Assembly: GCA_963814585.1 (NCBI GenBank)
Contig: CAWFDF010000008.1
Coordinates: forward strand, 416,001-480,000
Source: an uncultured delta proteobacterium
Lineage (GTDB): Bacteria; Myxococcota; Myxococcia; Myxococcales; Anaeromyxobacteraceae
DNA length: 64,000 nt
Direction of reading: 5' to 3'
Shown here piece after piece: positions 44,951-54,176 of this stretch. Positions within the stretch are counted from its first letter, which is position 1. Every line of letters starts with the position of its first letter. A program made the translations under genes and the position numbers. The notes under the pieces were generated by a model. That model saw nothing but the letters and a program-made list of their open reading frames with translations, was not told the DNA's origin and ran no database searches.

Positions 44951-45813
44951 TCGCCCCCGCGCCGGACGAAGCGCTGGCCCGGGCGCTGCTCGCAGAGCCC
45001 GTCCAGCTCCAGCGCCAGCAGGCCGGCCAGCGCCTCCCCGGCGGTCCGCCCGGCGATGCGGGCCACCTCGGACAGGTGGCGGGGCGCCGCGGTGAGCGCG
45101 CCGAGCAGCGCCTGGGTCGCTGGCGCCAGCTGGACCATGGGCAGCTCCGGTTGCTGCCCCGGCGCCAGGCCGAGGCAGGCCAGCACGTCGGCGGGCTCGG
45201 CGGCCAACCTGGCGCCCTCCCGGAGCAGCCGAAGCGGTCCTTCCGAGAGCGGGTGGTCGGCGTCGCCGGGGACGGCCAGCAGCGGACGGTGCTGCTCCCG
45301 GGCGAGGCCGGCCGTGATGAGGGCGCCGCTGCGGCGACCGGCGCGGACCACCACCACCGCGTCGCACAGGCCCGACACGATCCGGTTGCGCTCCACGAAC
45401 CGGAAGCCGCAGGCCGGCGTGCCGTCGTCGTACTCGGAGAGGAGCGCGCCGCCCGCATCGAGGATCCGGTCGAACAGGTCGAGGTGGCCGCGTGGCGAAG
45501 GAAGGTCCACGCCACTCGCCAGCACGGAGACGGTGTGTCCTCCGGCCTCGAGGGCCCCCTCGTGCGCCTCGGCGTCGATGCCGCGCGCGCCGCCGGACAC
45601 CACCGACACCCCGGCCCGGACCAGGCCACGGGCCAGCCGCCGGGCCATGTCGCGGCCGTACTCGTCCGGGTCGCGCGAGCCGACCAGGGCGACGCGAGCC
45701 ACCGGCGAGCCCATCCGTCCGCGCAGCCGCAGCGTGGCCGGAGCCCCGGGGATGCGGGTGAGCCGCTCGGGGAAGTCGCCGTCGCCGGGACGGAGGGTGC
45801 GGGCCGTGTCCAT
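44947..45813 (-). CDS. dprA: DNA-protecting protein DprA
   Basis: VALVGSR, VSGGARGID, RNRIVSG and SGALIT motifs; C-terminal wHTH. Confidence 0.93.
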   Translation of the reverse strand: MDTARTLRPGDGDFPERLTRIPGAPATLRLRGRMGSPVARVALVGSRDPDEYGRDMARRLARGLVRAGVSVVSGGARGIDAEAHEGALEAGGHTVSVLASGVDLPSPRGHLDLFDRILDAGGALLSEYDDGTPACGFRFVERNRIVSGLCDAVVVVRAGRRSGALITAGLAREQHRPLLAVPGDADHPLSEGPLRLLREGARLAAEPADVLACLGLAPGQQPELPMVQLAPATQALLGALTAAPRHLSEVARIAGRTAGEALAGLLALELDGLCEQRPGQRFVRRGGE

Positions 45814-45936
45814 GCCGGCCCGATTCTCCACGGCGGGTCCGACACCCGGACGCCCGGCCGGAGGGGAAGCCCGGCCACCCCACCTCGTCCCGGAGGTCGC
45901 TCCAGGGGCGCCTCCCGGGGGGCGCCCCGAGGCCGC

Positions 45937-47292
45937 TCAGCCGCCTGGATTCGGCCGGTCGCCGCCGGCGACCCGCATCTCCACCAGATCGCCCATCAGC
46001 AGCTCGCGGACGCTCTTCAGCACCAGCGCCGTGGAGGTGGTCTCCTTCACGTCGACGATCATCAGCTCGCCCAGCGCCTCGGGGGGCAGGCTCGGATCGT
46101 TGGGCGGCGACAGCTGCTCCTTGGTGAGCGGGAGGCCATAGGGGTCGCCGCTGCGCCACACGCTGAAGACGTTGCCCTCCTCCACGCCGTCGGCCTTGCC
46201 CTTGTCGATGAAGACCAGGCTCTGCTCGGCCACCTGGGTCAGCACCTCCTGGCGGGTCCCGACGATGTGGCCCTCGACGTCCCTGGCGGCCGCCCGCCGC
46301 ACGACCGGACGGAACGGCCTCTCGGTCCACGGGCTGAGCAGCATCCCCCGCTCGATCGGGTCGGTCACCGGGCCGATCACCAGCGTGACCGCCCTGGCGT
46401 CCCGGGCCACCACCGTCGCGGCGCCGAGGATGCGGGTCTGGTAGCCGAGCTTCTCGCCGGTCACCGGGTGCGTGATGGCGCGGACGGTCTCGTAGATGAC
46501 GTAGGTCTCACCCACCTTGTTGGGCGGCTCCCCCTTGAAGCGCGCGTAGGCTCGGTCGAGGGTGGAGAGCAGCAGCTTCTCCTCGAAGGCCGCGACGATC
46601 GACCCCGACTCCTCCAGCTGGGCCGGCGTCACGAAGGTGTCGCGCCGGACCATGATGGCTCCGGGGGGGACGTAGCCGATCTTGTGGGGCCCGACCACCG
46701 CCACCTCGTCACGGTCCTCCACCGGCGTCGGCGCCTTCATGTCGGCGCGAGAGAAGTCCTCCAGCTCGCGCGGCGCCTCGACGTCGGTCGGCTCGTCCGC
46801 CACCGGGACGGGGGCGGCGCCGCCCCCGGTCGCCACCGGCTCGACGCGGGTGGGGGCCTCGTCCCGGGACGGGTAGAACCTGAGGACGTTGCCGGGGTCG
46901 ATCCAGTGCGGGTTGGTGATCTCCGGGTTGAACGACCAGACCTTGGGCCAGTACCAGGGGTTGTTGAGGAAGCGGCCCGAGAGGTCCCAGAGCGTGTCAC
47001 CGGGACGCACCGTATAGGTGTCGGGCGGCGGCACCGAGCCCCGCCCCTGGTCGGCGGTGGCGGCGGAGCCCTCGGGAGGGCGGCCGGCGTCCGGCAGCGA
47101 GTCCGGCGAGTCCACGGCCGCCGGCCCGGGGGCCTGATCCGGGGCCAGCGCCGCGTCGGCGGCCTTCTCGATCCTCAGGTTGCCGGCGTCGCTGGTCTGT
47201 CTGGCGCCCTCGGCGGCCTTCAAGGCCTGGACCTGGGCGATGGCGAGCATCGGCAAGAGGGCTGCGACGACGACGCTGATGGTGCGGATCAT
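45937..47292 (-). CDS. LysM peptidoglycan-binding secreted protein
   Basis: YTVRPGDTLWDLSGRFLNNPWYWPKVW...NPHWIDPG; usual neighbour of dprA. Confidence 0.9.
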   Translation of the reverse strand: MIRTISVVVAALLPMLAIAQVQALKAAEGARQTSDAGNLRIEKAADAALAPDQAPGPAAVDSPDSLPDAGRPPEGSAATADQGRGSVPPPDTYTVRPGDTLWDLSGRFLNNPWYWPKVWSFNPEITNPHWIDPGNVLRFYPSRDEAPTRVEPVATGGGAAPVPVADEPTDVEAPRELEDFSRADMKAPTPVEDRDEVAVVGPHKIGYVPPGAIMVRRDTFVTPAQLEESGSIVAAFEEKLLLSTLDRAYARFKGEPPNKVGETYVIYETVRAITHPVTGEKLGYQTRILGAATVVARDARAVTLVIGPVTDPIERGMLLSPWTERPFRPVVRRAAARDVEGHIVGTRQEVLTQVAEQSLVFIDKGKADGVEEGNVFSVWRSGDPYGLPLTKEQLSPPNDPSLPPEALGELMIVDVKETTSTALVLKSVRELLMGDLVEMRVAGGDRPNPGG

Positions 47293-48110
47293 GGACCGCT
47301 CCTTGCTGGGACATCCGGCGGCGCATCGACGCCGGCACGACCTGGGATGGACGCGAGCTGCTCGCGCGCCCGGCGGGCTGCGGGCGAGTTCGGGAAGTCG
47401 TTGGCGAGGCGTGAGAGCAGGCGGCGCTCCACCTCCGGCGCCCCCTTGAGCCCCTCGCAGGCGGCCAGCTGCAGCAGCGCGTCGCTCACCTGATCGCTGG
47501 CGGGGTACTCGTCGACGACGCGCCGGTCCAGCGTGCAGGCCGCGCTCGCCTTCCCGGCTCCGGCGTAGGCGGCGGCGGCCTCGAGGAGGGCGCCGGCGGC
47601 CTGGGGGTGGCGCGGGTAGCGGGAGGCGAAGTCCTCCAGCGCGTGGGCGCGAGCCAGCGGCTCGCGGCGCCGCGCCGCCTTGAGCTCGCCGTCGGCCTCG
47701 CTGGCCAGGTCCCGGCCGCTCCTGCGCGCGATGGCCTCGAGCCTGGTGGCGTCGGGCTCGATCAGGGGCGTGCTGACCGGCACCGGCGGCGCCCGGCTGG
47801 CCCTGGAGGGCTCCACCTTCACCACGGCGAGGCCCTCGGGCACCACTCGAGTGCCGGCCTCGGCGACCACGCTGGCAGCGGGCGCGGGGCGGGTCTGCGC
47901 GCCTCCCGGCCTCGGGGCCCGGGCCGCCATGACCTCGACCTGCGAGGCCAGCTGGGTCACCGTCCGCAGCAGCTGGAGGTTCTCCTGGCGGAGGGCCTGC
48001 ACCTCGGCGCGCAGCGCCTCGAGGTCGCGGCGCGCCACGGGATCGACGCCGGCACAGCCGGACAGGAGGAAGGCCGCGGCGAGGGCGGCCGATGGGCTGA
48101 TCGTCTTCAA
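47289..48110 (-). CDS. TPR lipoprotein, CpoB/YbgF-like
   Basis: Lipobox LSGC, coiled coil, TPR motifs (YPRHPQA, YPASDQV, FPNSPAA); start uncertain. Confidence 0.7.
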   Translation of the reverse strand: MKTISPSAALAAAFLLSGCAGVDPVARRDLEALRAEVQALRQENLQLLRTVTQLASQVEVMAARAPRPGGAQTRPAPAASVVAEAGTRVVPEGLAVVKVEPSRASRAPPVPVSTPLIEPDATRLEAIARRSGRDLASEADGELKAARRREPLARAHALEDFASRYPRHPQAAGALLEAAAAYAGAGKASAACTLDRRVVDEYPASDQVSDALLQLAACEGLKGAPEVERRLLSRLANDFPNSPAARRAREQLASIPGRAGVDAPPDVPARSGP

Positions 48111-48144
48111 GACCCTGGAAATTCTAGGTGGGATCCGGCTCGGG

Positions 48145-48888
48145 TCAAGGAAGCCGGTGCGCCGATATCGGTCCTGGCGCGATGAATCCGACCATCCGGC
48201 CGGTCCTGCCACCGTCTCGCCGGTGCGAGAAGAAGAGGCGTGCCTCGCACGAGGTGCAGCGGCGCAGCACCGCCACCCTGGTCACCCCGGCCTCGCGGAG
48301 GGCGCGCTCGTTGGCGACCCAGAGGTCGAGGTGCGGCGCGCGGGGCCCGGGCCGGAGCACGCGCGGTCCGAAGGCCGCGGCGAACTGCTCCGCCAGCTCG
48401 TCCGAGACCTCGTAGCAGCACGGGCCTATCGACGGCCCGATGACCGCCAGGGGCGCCTCCCCGGATCCGCCCCCGGCGAGCGAACGCACCCCCTCGGCGG
48501 CGATCCGCGCCAGCGTCCCTCGCCAGCCGGCGTGGAGCGCCGCCACGGCGGTCCCGTCCGGCCGCGCCAGCAGGATCGGGACGCAGTCGGCCACCGCCAC
48601 GCAGGCGGCCACCCCGGTCGTGGCCGAGACCACGCCGTCGGCCTCCTCGAGGGGCGACCTCGGCGCGTCACCCGCCACCACCCTGGCCCCGTGGACCTGC
48701 CGGACGCGGATGAACTCGAGGCCGGTGGTCTCTCGCAGCTGGCGCCAGTTGTCGGACACCGCGGCCGGGTCGTCACCGACCTGGTCGCCGAGGTTGAGCG
48801 AGTTGTAGGGCGGCGCCGACCCCCCTCCGGCCCGCGTCGTGAAGCCGTGGGGGAGGTCCGCGAGGAGCTGGCTGCGGAGGACTTCCAT
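48145..48888 (-). CDS. pgeF: Peptidoglycan editing factor / purine nucleoside phosphorylase YfiH
   Basis: HGFTTR, QVHG, ADCVPIL, HAGWRG, IGPCCYEV and FFSHRR motifs. Confidence 0.93.
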   Translation of the reverse strand: MEVLRSQLLADLPHGFTTRAGGGSAPPYNSLNLGDQVGDDPAAVSDNWRQLRETTGLEFIRVRQVHGARVVAGDAPRSPLEEADGVVSATTGVAACVAVADCVPILLARPDGTAVAALHAGWRGTLARIAAEGVRSLAGGGSGEAPLAVIGPSIGPCCYEVSDELAEQFAAAFGPRVLRPGPRAPHLDLWVANERALREAGVTRVAVLRRCTSCEARLFFSHRRDGGRTGRMVGFIAPGPISAHRLP

Positions 48889-48971
48889 GATCGTCCAGGC
48901 TCCTTATCGCGAAGCCGGCCCCTTGTCGCCCCTCGGGCCCGGGCGCGGGCCGACCCCTCGCCCGGCCCGGG

Positions 48972-50588
48972 CTACTCGCGGACCGGACCCGGGCCGATCC
49001 GCTCCAGCACGGTCGGCTCGGCGCCCAGGGTCTCGCCCCGCGATCGGACGGCCTCCAGCTCCGCGCCGAGCGCCGACGCCTCGGCGCGCACCGCCGCCAG
49101 GTCACCGTCGATCACCGCCGAGCGCGCCTGCGCCTCGTCCCGCTCGCGGGTGGCCTGGGCCACCAGGCCCCTGAGCTCCTCCAGGTCGGAGCGGGCACGT
49201 GTCAGCTCACCCCGCAGCTCGGTCTCGCGGAGCATCAGCGCCTGTCGAGCCGCCGAGAGGTCGCCCTGCAGTCGCTCCACCTCTCGCCGGGCCCCCCGCA
49301 GCAGCGCGTCGCGCGCCTCGACCTGCTCGGCCAGCTCGGCCGCCCGCTCGCCGGACTCCCGCGCGGACCGCTCCAGCCCCTCCATGGTCCCCTCCAGCCC
49401 CGCCACCCGCTGCCGCAGCCCGCGCGCCTCCTCGGCTCCCTGCTCGAGCCGCTCGAGCAGCCCGGCCGCCTCCTCCTCCGCCCGCGCCAGGCGCTCGTCG
49501 CGGCTGGCCAGCGCTCGCGCCTGCTCGTGCATGCGGCGCTCGGTGCCAGCCACCACCTCGATGAGCTCCTTCTCCTCCATGACCTTCTCGGAGAGGAGCC
49601 CCTCGATCGACGCCCCGTGCTGGCGGTCCTTGTCGCCCAGCTGCCGCCGGGCCTCGGCCAGCAGGCGGCGCGCCTCCTCAGCCTCCATCCGCGCCCGCTG
49701 CGCGTCGACGTCCTTCAGGTGGACGCGCTCGTCCACGCTGGCCACCTCGCGCTCGCGGACCTCCCAGATCTCGGCGAGGCGTGCCAGCTGGGCCTCTCGC
49801 CACCTGAGGTCCTCGCGGAGCAGCGCGAGGCGGCCCTCCGGGGTGGCCAGCAGGTCGCGGCGTGGTGGCGGGCGGCGGCGCTCCGACTCGGCCAGCAGCG
49901 CCTCTCGCCGGTCGGCGACCGACTGGAAGGCCCGGTCCGCGAAGAGCCGATCCGCCTCGGTCAGCTGGTCCCGTCTGGCACGTCGGGGAACCGGGGGCGG
50001 ACTCTCCGGGCTCGGCACCGGAGGCGGGCTCGCCGGGCGCGGGACCGGTGGTGGCGGCGGCGGTTCCGCCGAGGCTCGATCGCTGCCGGTCAACGCGTCG
50101 GGACGGGGCGGCGGGCCGGGCGCCCCCCCTCCCGCCGCGGGGGCACCGGCCTCGCCGGCCGTCGCCACCTCCAGCAGGTCGGGGTCGTCGTCGGCCAGCT
50201 CGATGGGCTCGGCGGTGGCCAGCAGGCGGTGCGCCAGCGCGGTGAGCGCCGCGGTGTCGAAGGGCATGGCGAGGTAGGCGCTGGCCGCCCACGGCGTCCG
50301 GGCATGCTCGGCGAGCGAGGCCGAGGCCGTCTCCGAGCTGTAGAGGATCACCGGCAGCTTCATCATGGCCTGGTCGTGGCGGAGCCGCGCGCACATCGAG
50401 AAGCCGGAGAGGTCCGGCAGCTCGGCCCGCATCACCACCAGGCCGGGACGCCGAGCGGCGATCTCCAGCTCGGCCTCGGCGGCACTCCCGGCCACGCCGC
50501 TGCTCCAGCCCGCGTCGCGGACCGCGGCGGCGAGCGTGAGTGCGAAGGCGGCGTCGGGCTCGACGATGAGGACGCGGGGCGCGGTCAT
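48972..50588 (-). CDS. Pseudo-receiver + coiled-coil protein (AglZ-like)
   Basis: Receiver fold lacking the phospho-acceptor Asp (VVMRAEL), Pro-rich linker, long heptad coiled coil. Confidence 0.75.
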   Translation of the reverse strand: MTAPRVLIVEPDAAFALTLAAAVRDAGWSSGVAGSAAEAELEIAARRPGLVVMRAELPDLSGFSMCARLRHDQAMMKLPVILYSSETASASLAEHARTPWAASAYLAMPFDTAALTALAHRLLATAEPIELADDDPDLLEVATAGEAGAPAAGGGAPGPPPRPDALTGSDRASAEPPPPPPVPRPASPPPVPSPESPPPVPRRARRDQLTEADRLFADRAFQSVADRREALLAESERRRPPPRRDLLATPEGRLALLREDLRWREAQLARLAEIWEVREREVASVDERVHLKDVDAQRARMEAEEARRLLAEARRQLGDKDRQHGASIEGLLSEKVMEEKELIEVVAGTERRMHEQARALASRDERLARAEEEAAGLLERLEQGAEEARGLRQRVAGLEGTMEGLERSARESGERAAELAEQVEARDALLRGARREVERLQGDLSAARQALMLRETELRGELTRARSDLEELRGLVAQATRERDEAQARSAVIDGDLAAVRAEASALGAELEAVRSRGETLGAEPTVLERIGPGPVRE

Positions 50589-50601
50589 GGAGGCCGAGAT
50601 C

Positions 50602-51519
50602 CTACCTCAGGATCTCCCCGGCCCGTGACCGCACGCGCTCAGCGTCGTCCTGGTGCTTCACCACCACCTCGAGCGTCTCGACCAGGGCCCGGGGATCGAG
50701 GCGATCGATCCCGAGCGCGATCAGGGCCCGAGCCCAGTCGATGGCCTCGGCCACCGAGGGCGCCTTGCGCAGGTCCATGGTCCGCAGCCTCGCCACCGCC
50801 GCCACCACCTGCCGCGCCAGCGCCTCGGAGGCCTCGCCCACCCGCGACCGGACGATGGCCAGCTCCCGCTCCTGCGAGGGGAAGTCGACGTGCAGGTGGA
50901 GGCACCTCCGGCGCAGGGCATCCGAGAGCTCGCGGGTGGCGTTGGAGGTGAGGACCACTCGCGGCACCAGCGTGGCGCGGAGCGTGCCCAGCTCCGGCAC
51001 CGTCACTGCCCAGTCGGAGAGGGTCTCGAGGAGGAAGGCCTCCAGCGCCTCGTCGGCCTTGTCGATCTCGTCCACCAGGAGCAGCACGGGCCGCTGCGCG
51101 CGGACGGCCTGCAGGATGGGTCGCGGCAGCAGGAACCGCTCGCTGAAGAAGACGTTGCCCTCGGCGGCGATCCGATCCGCCGCCTCGGCCAGCGTGGCGG
51201 CACCTGCCACGGTGTCACCCAACCGATCCCGGAGCAGCTGGGTGTAGAGGAGCTGCTTCGAGTACTCCCACTCGTAGATGGCCCTGGCCTCGTCCAGGCC
51301 CTCGTAGCACTGGAGCCGGATGAGCTCCCGGCCCGCGGCGCCGGCCCAGGCCCGGGCCAGCTCGGTCTTGCCGACCCCGGCCGGCCCCTCCACCAGCAAG
51401 GGCTTCTCCAGCCGGTCGGCCAGGAAGACCGAGGTGGCGATTTCACGGGACGGCAGGTATCCCTGCCGGGAGAGCGCCGCCTCGACCCCCTCGAGCGTTC
51501 CGAACATGGGTGACACCAT
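50602..51519 (-). CDS. MoxR family AAA+ ATPase (CoxD-like)
   Basis: GPAGVGKT, IRLQCYEGLD, LLVDEIDK and SDALRRR motifs. Confidence 0.92.
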   Translation of the reverse strand: MVSPMFGTLEGVEAALSRQGYLPSREIATSVFLADRLEKPLLVEGPAGVGKTELARAWAGAAGRELIRLQCYEGLDEARAIYEWEYSKQLLYTQLLRDRLGDTVAGAATLAEAADRIAAEGNVFFSERFLLPRPILQAVRAQRPVLLLVDEIDKADEALEAFLLETLSDWAVTVPELGTLRATLVPRVVLTSNATRELSDALRRRCLHLHVDFPSQERELAIVRSRVGEASEALARQVVAAVARLRTMDLRKAPSVAEAIDWARALIALGIDRLDPRALVETLEVVVKHQDDAERVRSRAGEILR

Positions 51520-51679
51520 AGGGACCCCTCTCGGAAAGCGGGAGACGAAAGCGCACGGGTTCGCGGACCGGGGTCCCCGCCGACCCTCGGGCTGCCCGAC
51601 CCTGTGCGCTTCCTTCACCTCGCTCCGGACTCGAAGCCTAACTCCTGGATTTCGCTGGCGCTGCGCCGGATGGGGCGGA

Positions 51680-51695
51680 TGGCACGCGTCTCGCA
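51680..51695 (+). promoter_or_regulatory. Sigma54-like -24/-12 site
   Basis: TGGCACG-CGTC-TCGCA with GG-N10-GC spacing in the moxR/pilT intergenic region. Confidence 0.45.
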
Positions 51696-51969
51696 CAGCT
51701 CTCCCTCGAGTCCCGCCGGAGGCCGTTCACGGACCTTGTCATGACGAAGCTCCATCCCATCAGCTCGATTCGCGAGGCCCACCTCCCGTCGTACGTCCAA
51801 GTGGAAGGCAGAACGGAGCGTCCACTCCTCCCACCCGTCCGCGCCTGACGTCGAGGCCGGGCGGGAGTCCGCAGGGGCGCCTCGGTGCGCCGGGTTGGAG
51901 AGGCCGAGCGGGCGACCGACCGGCCTTTCGCTTCTCCGCGGGCCGCGTCCCGCGTAAGCTGGCGGCACC

Positions 51970-53082
51970 ATGGAAGGCCAAGGTCCCCTCACCGAGGAAA
52001 TGTTCCACTCGCTGCTGCAACTGGCCGTGAAGCGCCAGGCGAGTGATGTCCACTTCGAGGTCGGCTACCCCCCCACCTACCGCGTCTTCGGGGAGCTGCT
52101 GGCGGCGAAGTACCCACCGCTCACCGAGGCGGACACCGAGGCCATCGCCGGATTCGTGCTGCAGGCGCCCGGCTCGGGCTACACGCCCCTCGACTTCCGC
52201 GAGGTGGACCGGAGCTACTCGCTCCCCGGCGTGTCCCGGTTCCGGGCCTCCATCTTCAAGCAGCGGAACCGGTGGGGTACGGTGATGCGGACCATCCCGT
52301 TCGCCATCCCGGACTTCGACCCGCTCAACCTGCCGCCGGTGATCAGGACCATCTCGGAGGCGCGCCGCGGCCTGGTCATCGTCACCGGGGCGACCGGCAA
52401 CGGGAAGTCGACCACCATCGCGGCCATCATCAACCACATCATCCAGCAGGAGAGGCTGCACGTGGTGACCGTGGAGGACCCCATCGAGTTCATCTTCCCG
52501 GGCGGCAAGGGGCTGGCCATCCAGCGGGAGGTCGGCTCGGACACGGCCAGCTACTCCGATGCGCTCCGCGCCGCGCTCCGGCAGGACCCCGACATCATCA
52601 TGGTCGGGGAGCTGCGCGACCGGGAGTCGGCCGACATCTGCCTCAAGGCGGCCGAGACCGGGCACCTGGTCATCACCTCGCTCCACACCCCCGACGTTCC
52701 ACGAGCCATCGGCCGGCTGGTCGGGCTCTTCCCCTCCGACGAGCACGAGACCATCCGGGCCAGGCTCGCCGACAACCTGCAGGCGGTGGTGGCGCTGCGT
52801 CTCCTGATGCGGGCCGACGCCTCCGGGCTCATCCCGGCGGTCGAGGCGCTCCTCTCCACCTCGACGGTGCGCGAGCTGATCCGGAACGGCTCCAAGGTGG
52901 ACGAGCTGCGCGCCTACATGGAGAACGCCGGAAGTGACCTGGGGATGCACTCCTTCGACCAGTACCTCTACCGGCTGCACGAGGCCAAGAAGATCTCCCT
53001 CGACACCGCCCTCGGCAACGCCACCAACCGCGCCGACCTCGAACGTCGCATCATGATGGAGACTGGAGGCCGGACCGCGTGA
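51970..53082 (+). CDS. PilT/PilU family type IV pilus ATPase
   Basis: GATGNGKST, TVEDPIE, ALRQDPD, GELRD and AAETGHL motifs. Confidence 0.93.
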   Translation: MEGQGPLTEEMFHSLLQLAVKRQASDVHFEVGYPPTYRVFGELLAAKYPPLTEADTEAIAGFVLQAPGSGYTPLDFREVDRSYSLPGVSRFRASIFKQRNRWGTVMRTIPFAIPDFDPLNLPPVIRTISEARRGLVIVTGATGNGKSTTIAAIINHIIQQERLHVVTVEDPIEFIFPGGKGLAIQREVGSDTASYSDALRAALRQDPDIIMVGELRDRESADICLKAAETGHLVITSLHTPDVPRAIGRLVGLFPSDEHETIRARLADNLQAVVALRLLMRADASGLIPAVEALLSTSTVRELIRNGSKVDELRAYMENAGSDLGMHSFDQYLYRLHEAKKISLDTALGNATNRADLERRIMMETGGRTA

Positions 53083-53966
53083 GCTCCGCCGGCGCCCCGG
53101 TGGCGTCGCGCGTCCTCGTGGTGGGTTCGGACGCCGACGTCTCGATCGCGCTCCTCCTGCACCTCGGGCGTGCGGGCTTCGCCGTCTACTGCCTGCCTGG
53201 ACCCGGCGAGCTCGATCCGATCCTGCGGGTGGTGGCGCCGCACGCGGTGGTGCTGGTGCTCCCCGCCGCGCCCGACGCCACCTGGGGGACCGCGCTCACC
53301 GCGGCGGCCGGCGCCGCCCACTTCGGCGTCCGGGTCGTCATGGTCGGCCCTTCCCGCGACCTGGTGGAACCCCTGGCGGCCGTGGCCGGGGCCGATCGGG
53401 CCTTCTCCCGTGCCGAGGTGCTGTCCCGGCCGCTGGTGGTCGTGGAGCGGAGCGTGGGCAGCGGCCTGATCGGCCAGACCGACTCGCCGCCCCGTCCGAC
53501 CCAGGCGCTGGAGGCCGACCCGGTGGCGCTCTCCGAGCCCGGCTCACCGCAGCCTGTCCGGAATGCGCCGGCGCCGGCCATCGACCTGCTGGCCCTCATC
53601 GACGAGGAGCTCGTCGACGAGCCCAGGTCGCGCCCGGTGCCGACCCGGGTCGAGGTGAACGTCTCCCTGGTCTCGGAGCACAACTTCTACGTGGGGGCCA
53701 CCCGCCGCGTCGACTCCGGCGGCGTCTTCATCGCCACCTCGCTCCCGCCGACGGTGGGGACCCGCCTGCAGGTCCGGCTGGGGCTGGCCGACGGACGCAA
53801 GATCGACGTCGAGGGCGAGGTGGCCTTCATCCGGGAGAAGAGCGCCACCACGGGCCGGCAGCCGCCGGGCTGCGGCGTGAAGCTCTTCGGGATCCCCGGC
53901 TGGGCCAGCGAGAACATCGATCGCTTCACCCAGGCCCGCCAGCCCATCGTCTACACGCCGCGCTAG
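53079..53966 (+). CDS. Degenerate receiver + PilZ-like domain protein
   Basis: C-terminal VSLVSEHNFYVG...SGGVFIAT...GEV...GCGVK of the myxobacterial PilZ-like type; coupled to the pilT-like gene. Confidence 0.7.
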   Translation: MSSAGAPVASRVLVVGSDADVSIALLLHLGRAGFAVYCLPGPGELDPILRVVAPHAVVLVLPAAPDATWGTALTAAAGAAHFGVRVVMVGPSRDLVEPLAAVAGADRAFSRAEVLSRPLVVVERSVGSGLIGQTDSPPRPTQALEADPVALSEPGSPQPVRNAPAPAIDLLALIDEELVDEPRSRPVPTRVEVNVSLVSEHNFYVGATRRVDSGGVFIATSLPPTVGTRLQVRLGLADGRKIDVEGEVAFIREKSATTGRQPPGCGVKLFGIPGWASENIDRFTQARQPIVYTPR

Positions 53967-54143
53967 TGCCCCGACCCAGGCAAGATGACGTGACGAGAGA
54001 GCCGAGACCGAAGCGAGGCTGGCGCCCGAGGAGGGAGCAGCGGAAGCGTAGCAGCGCTACGCTGAGCAGCGGACCGACGAGGCCGCCTGCCGCAGCGAGA
54101 GGATCGGCTCTCGCAGTAGGCAGCTTGCCTGGGTCGGGGCACT
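53965..54143. repeat. Palindromic MITE/REPIN-like element
   Basis: Perfect 20-bp terminal inverted repeats (53965-53984 and 54124-54143), inner GAGAGCCGA/TCGGCTCTC pair, central hairpin AGCGTAGC-AGC-GCTACGCT. Confidence 0.8.
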
Positions 54144-54176
54144 GGCACCGCGGCGGCCGCGGGTACGGAACGACCC

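Noticed and set aside
45905..45928. GC hairpin after the LysM gene as an intrinsic terminator
   Set aside because: The stem is present but there is no U-tract, and dprA follows on the same strand
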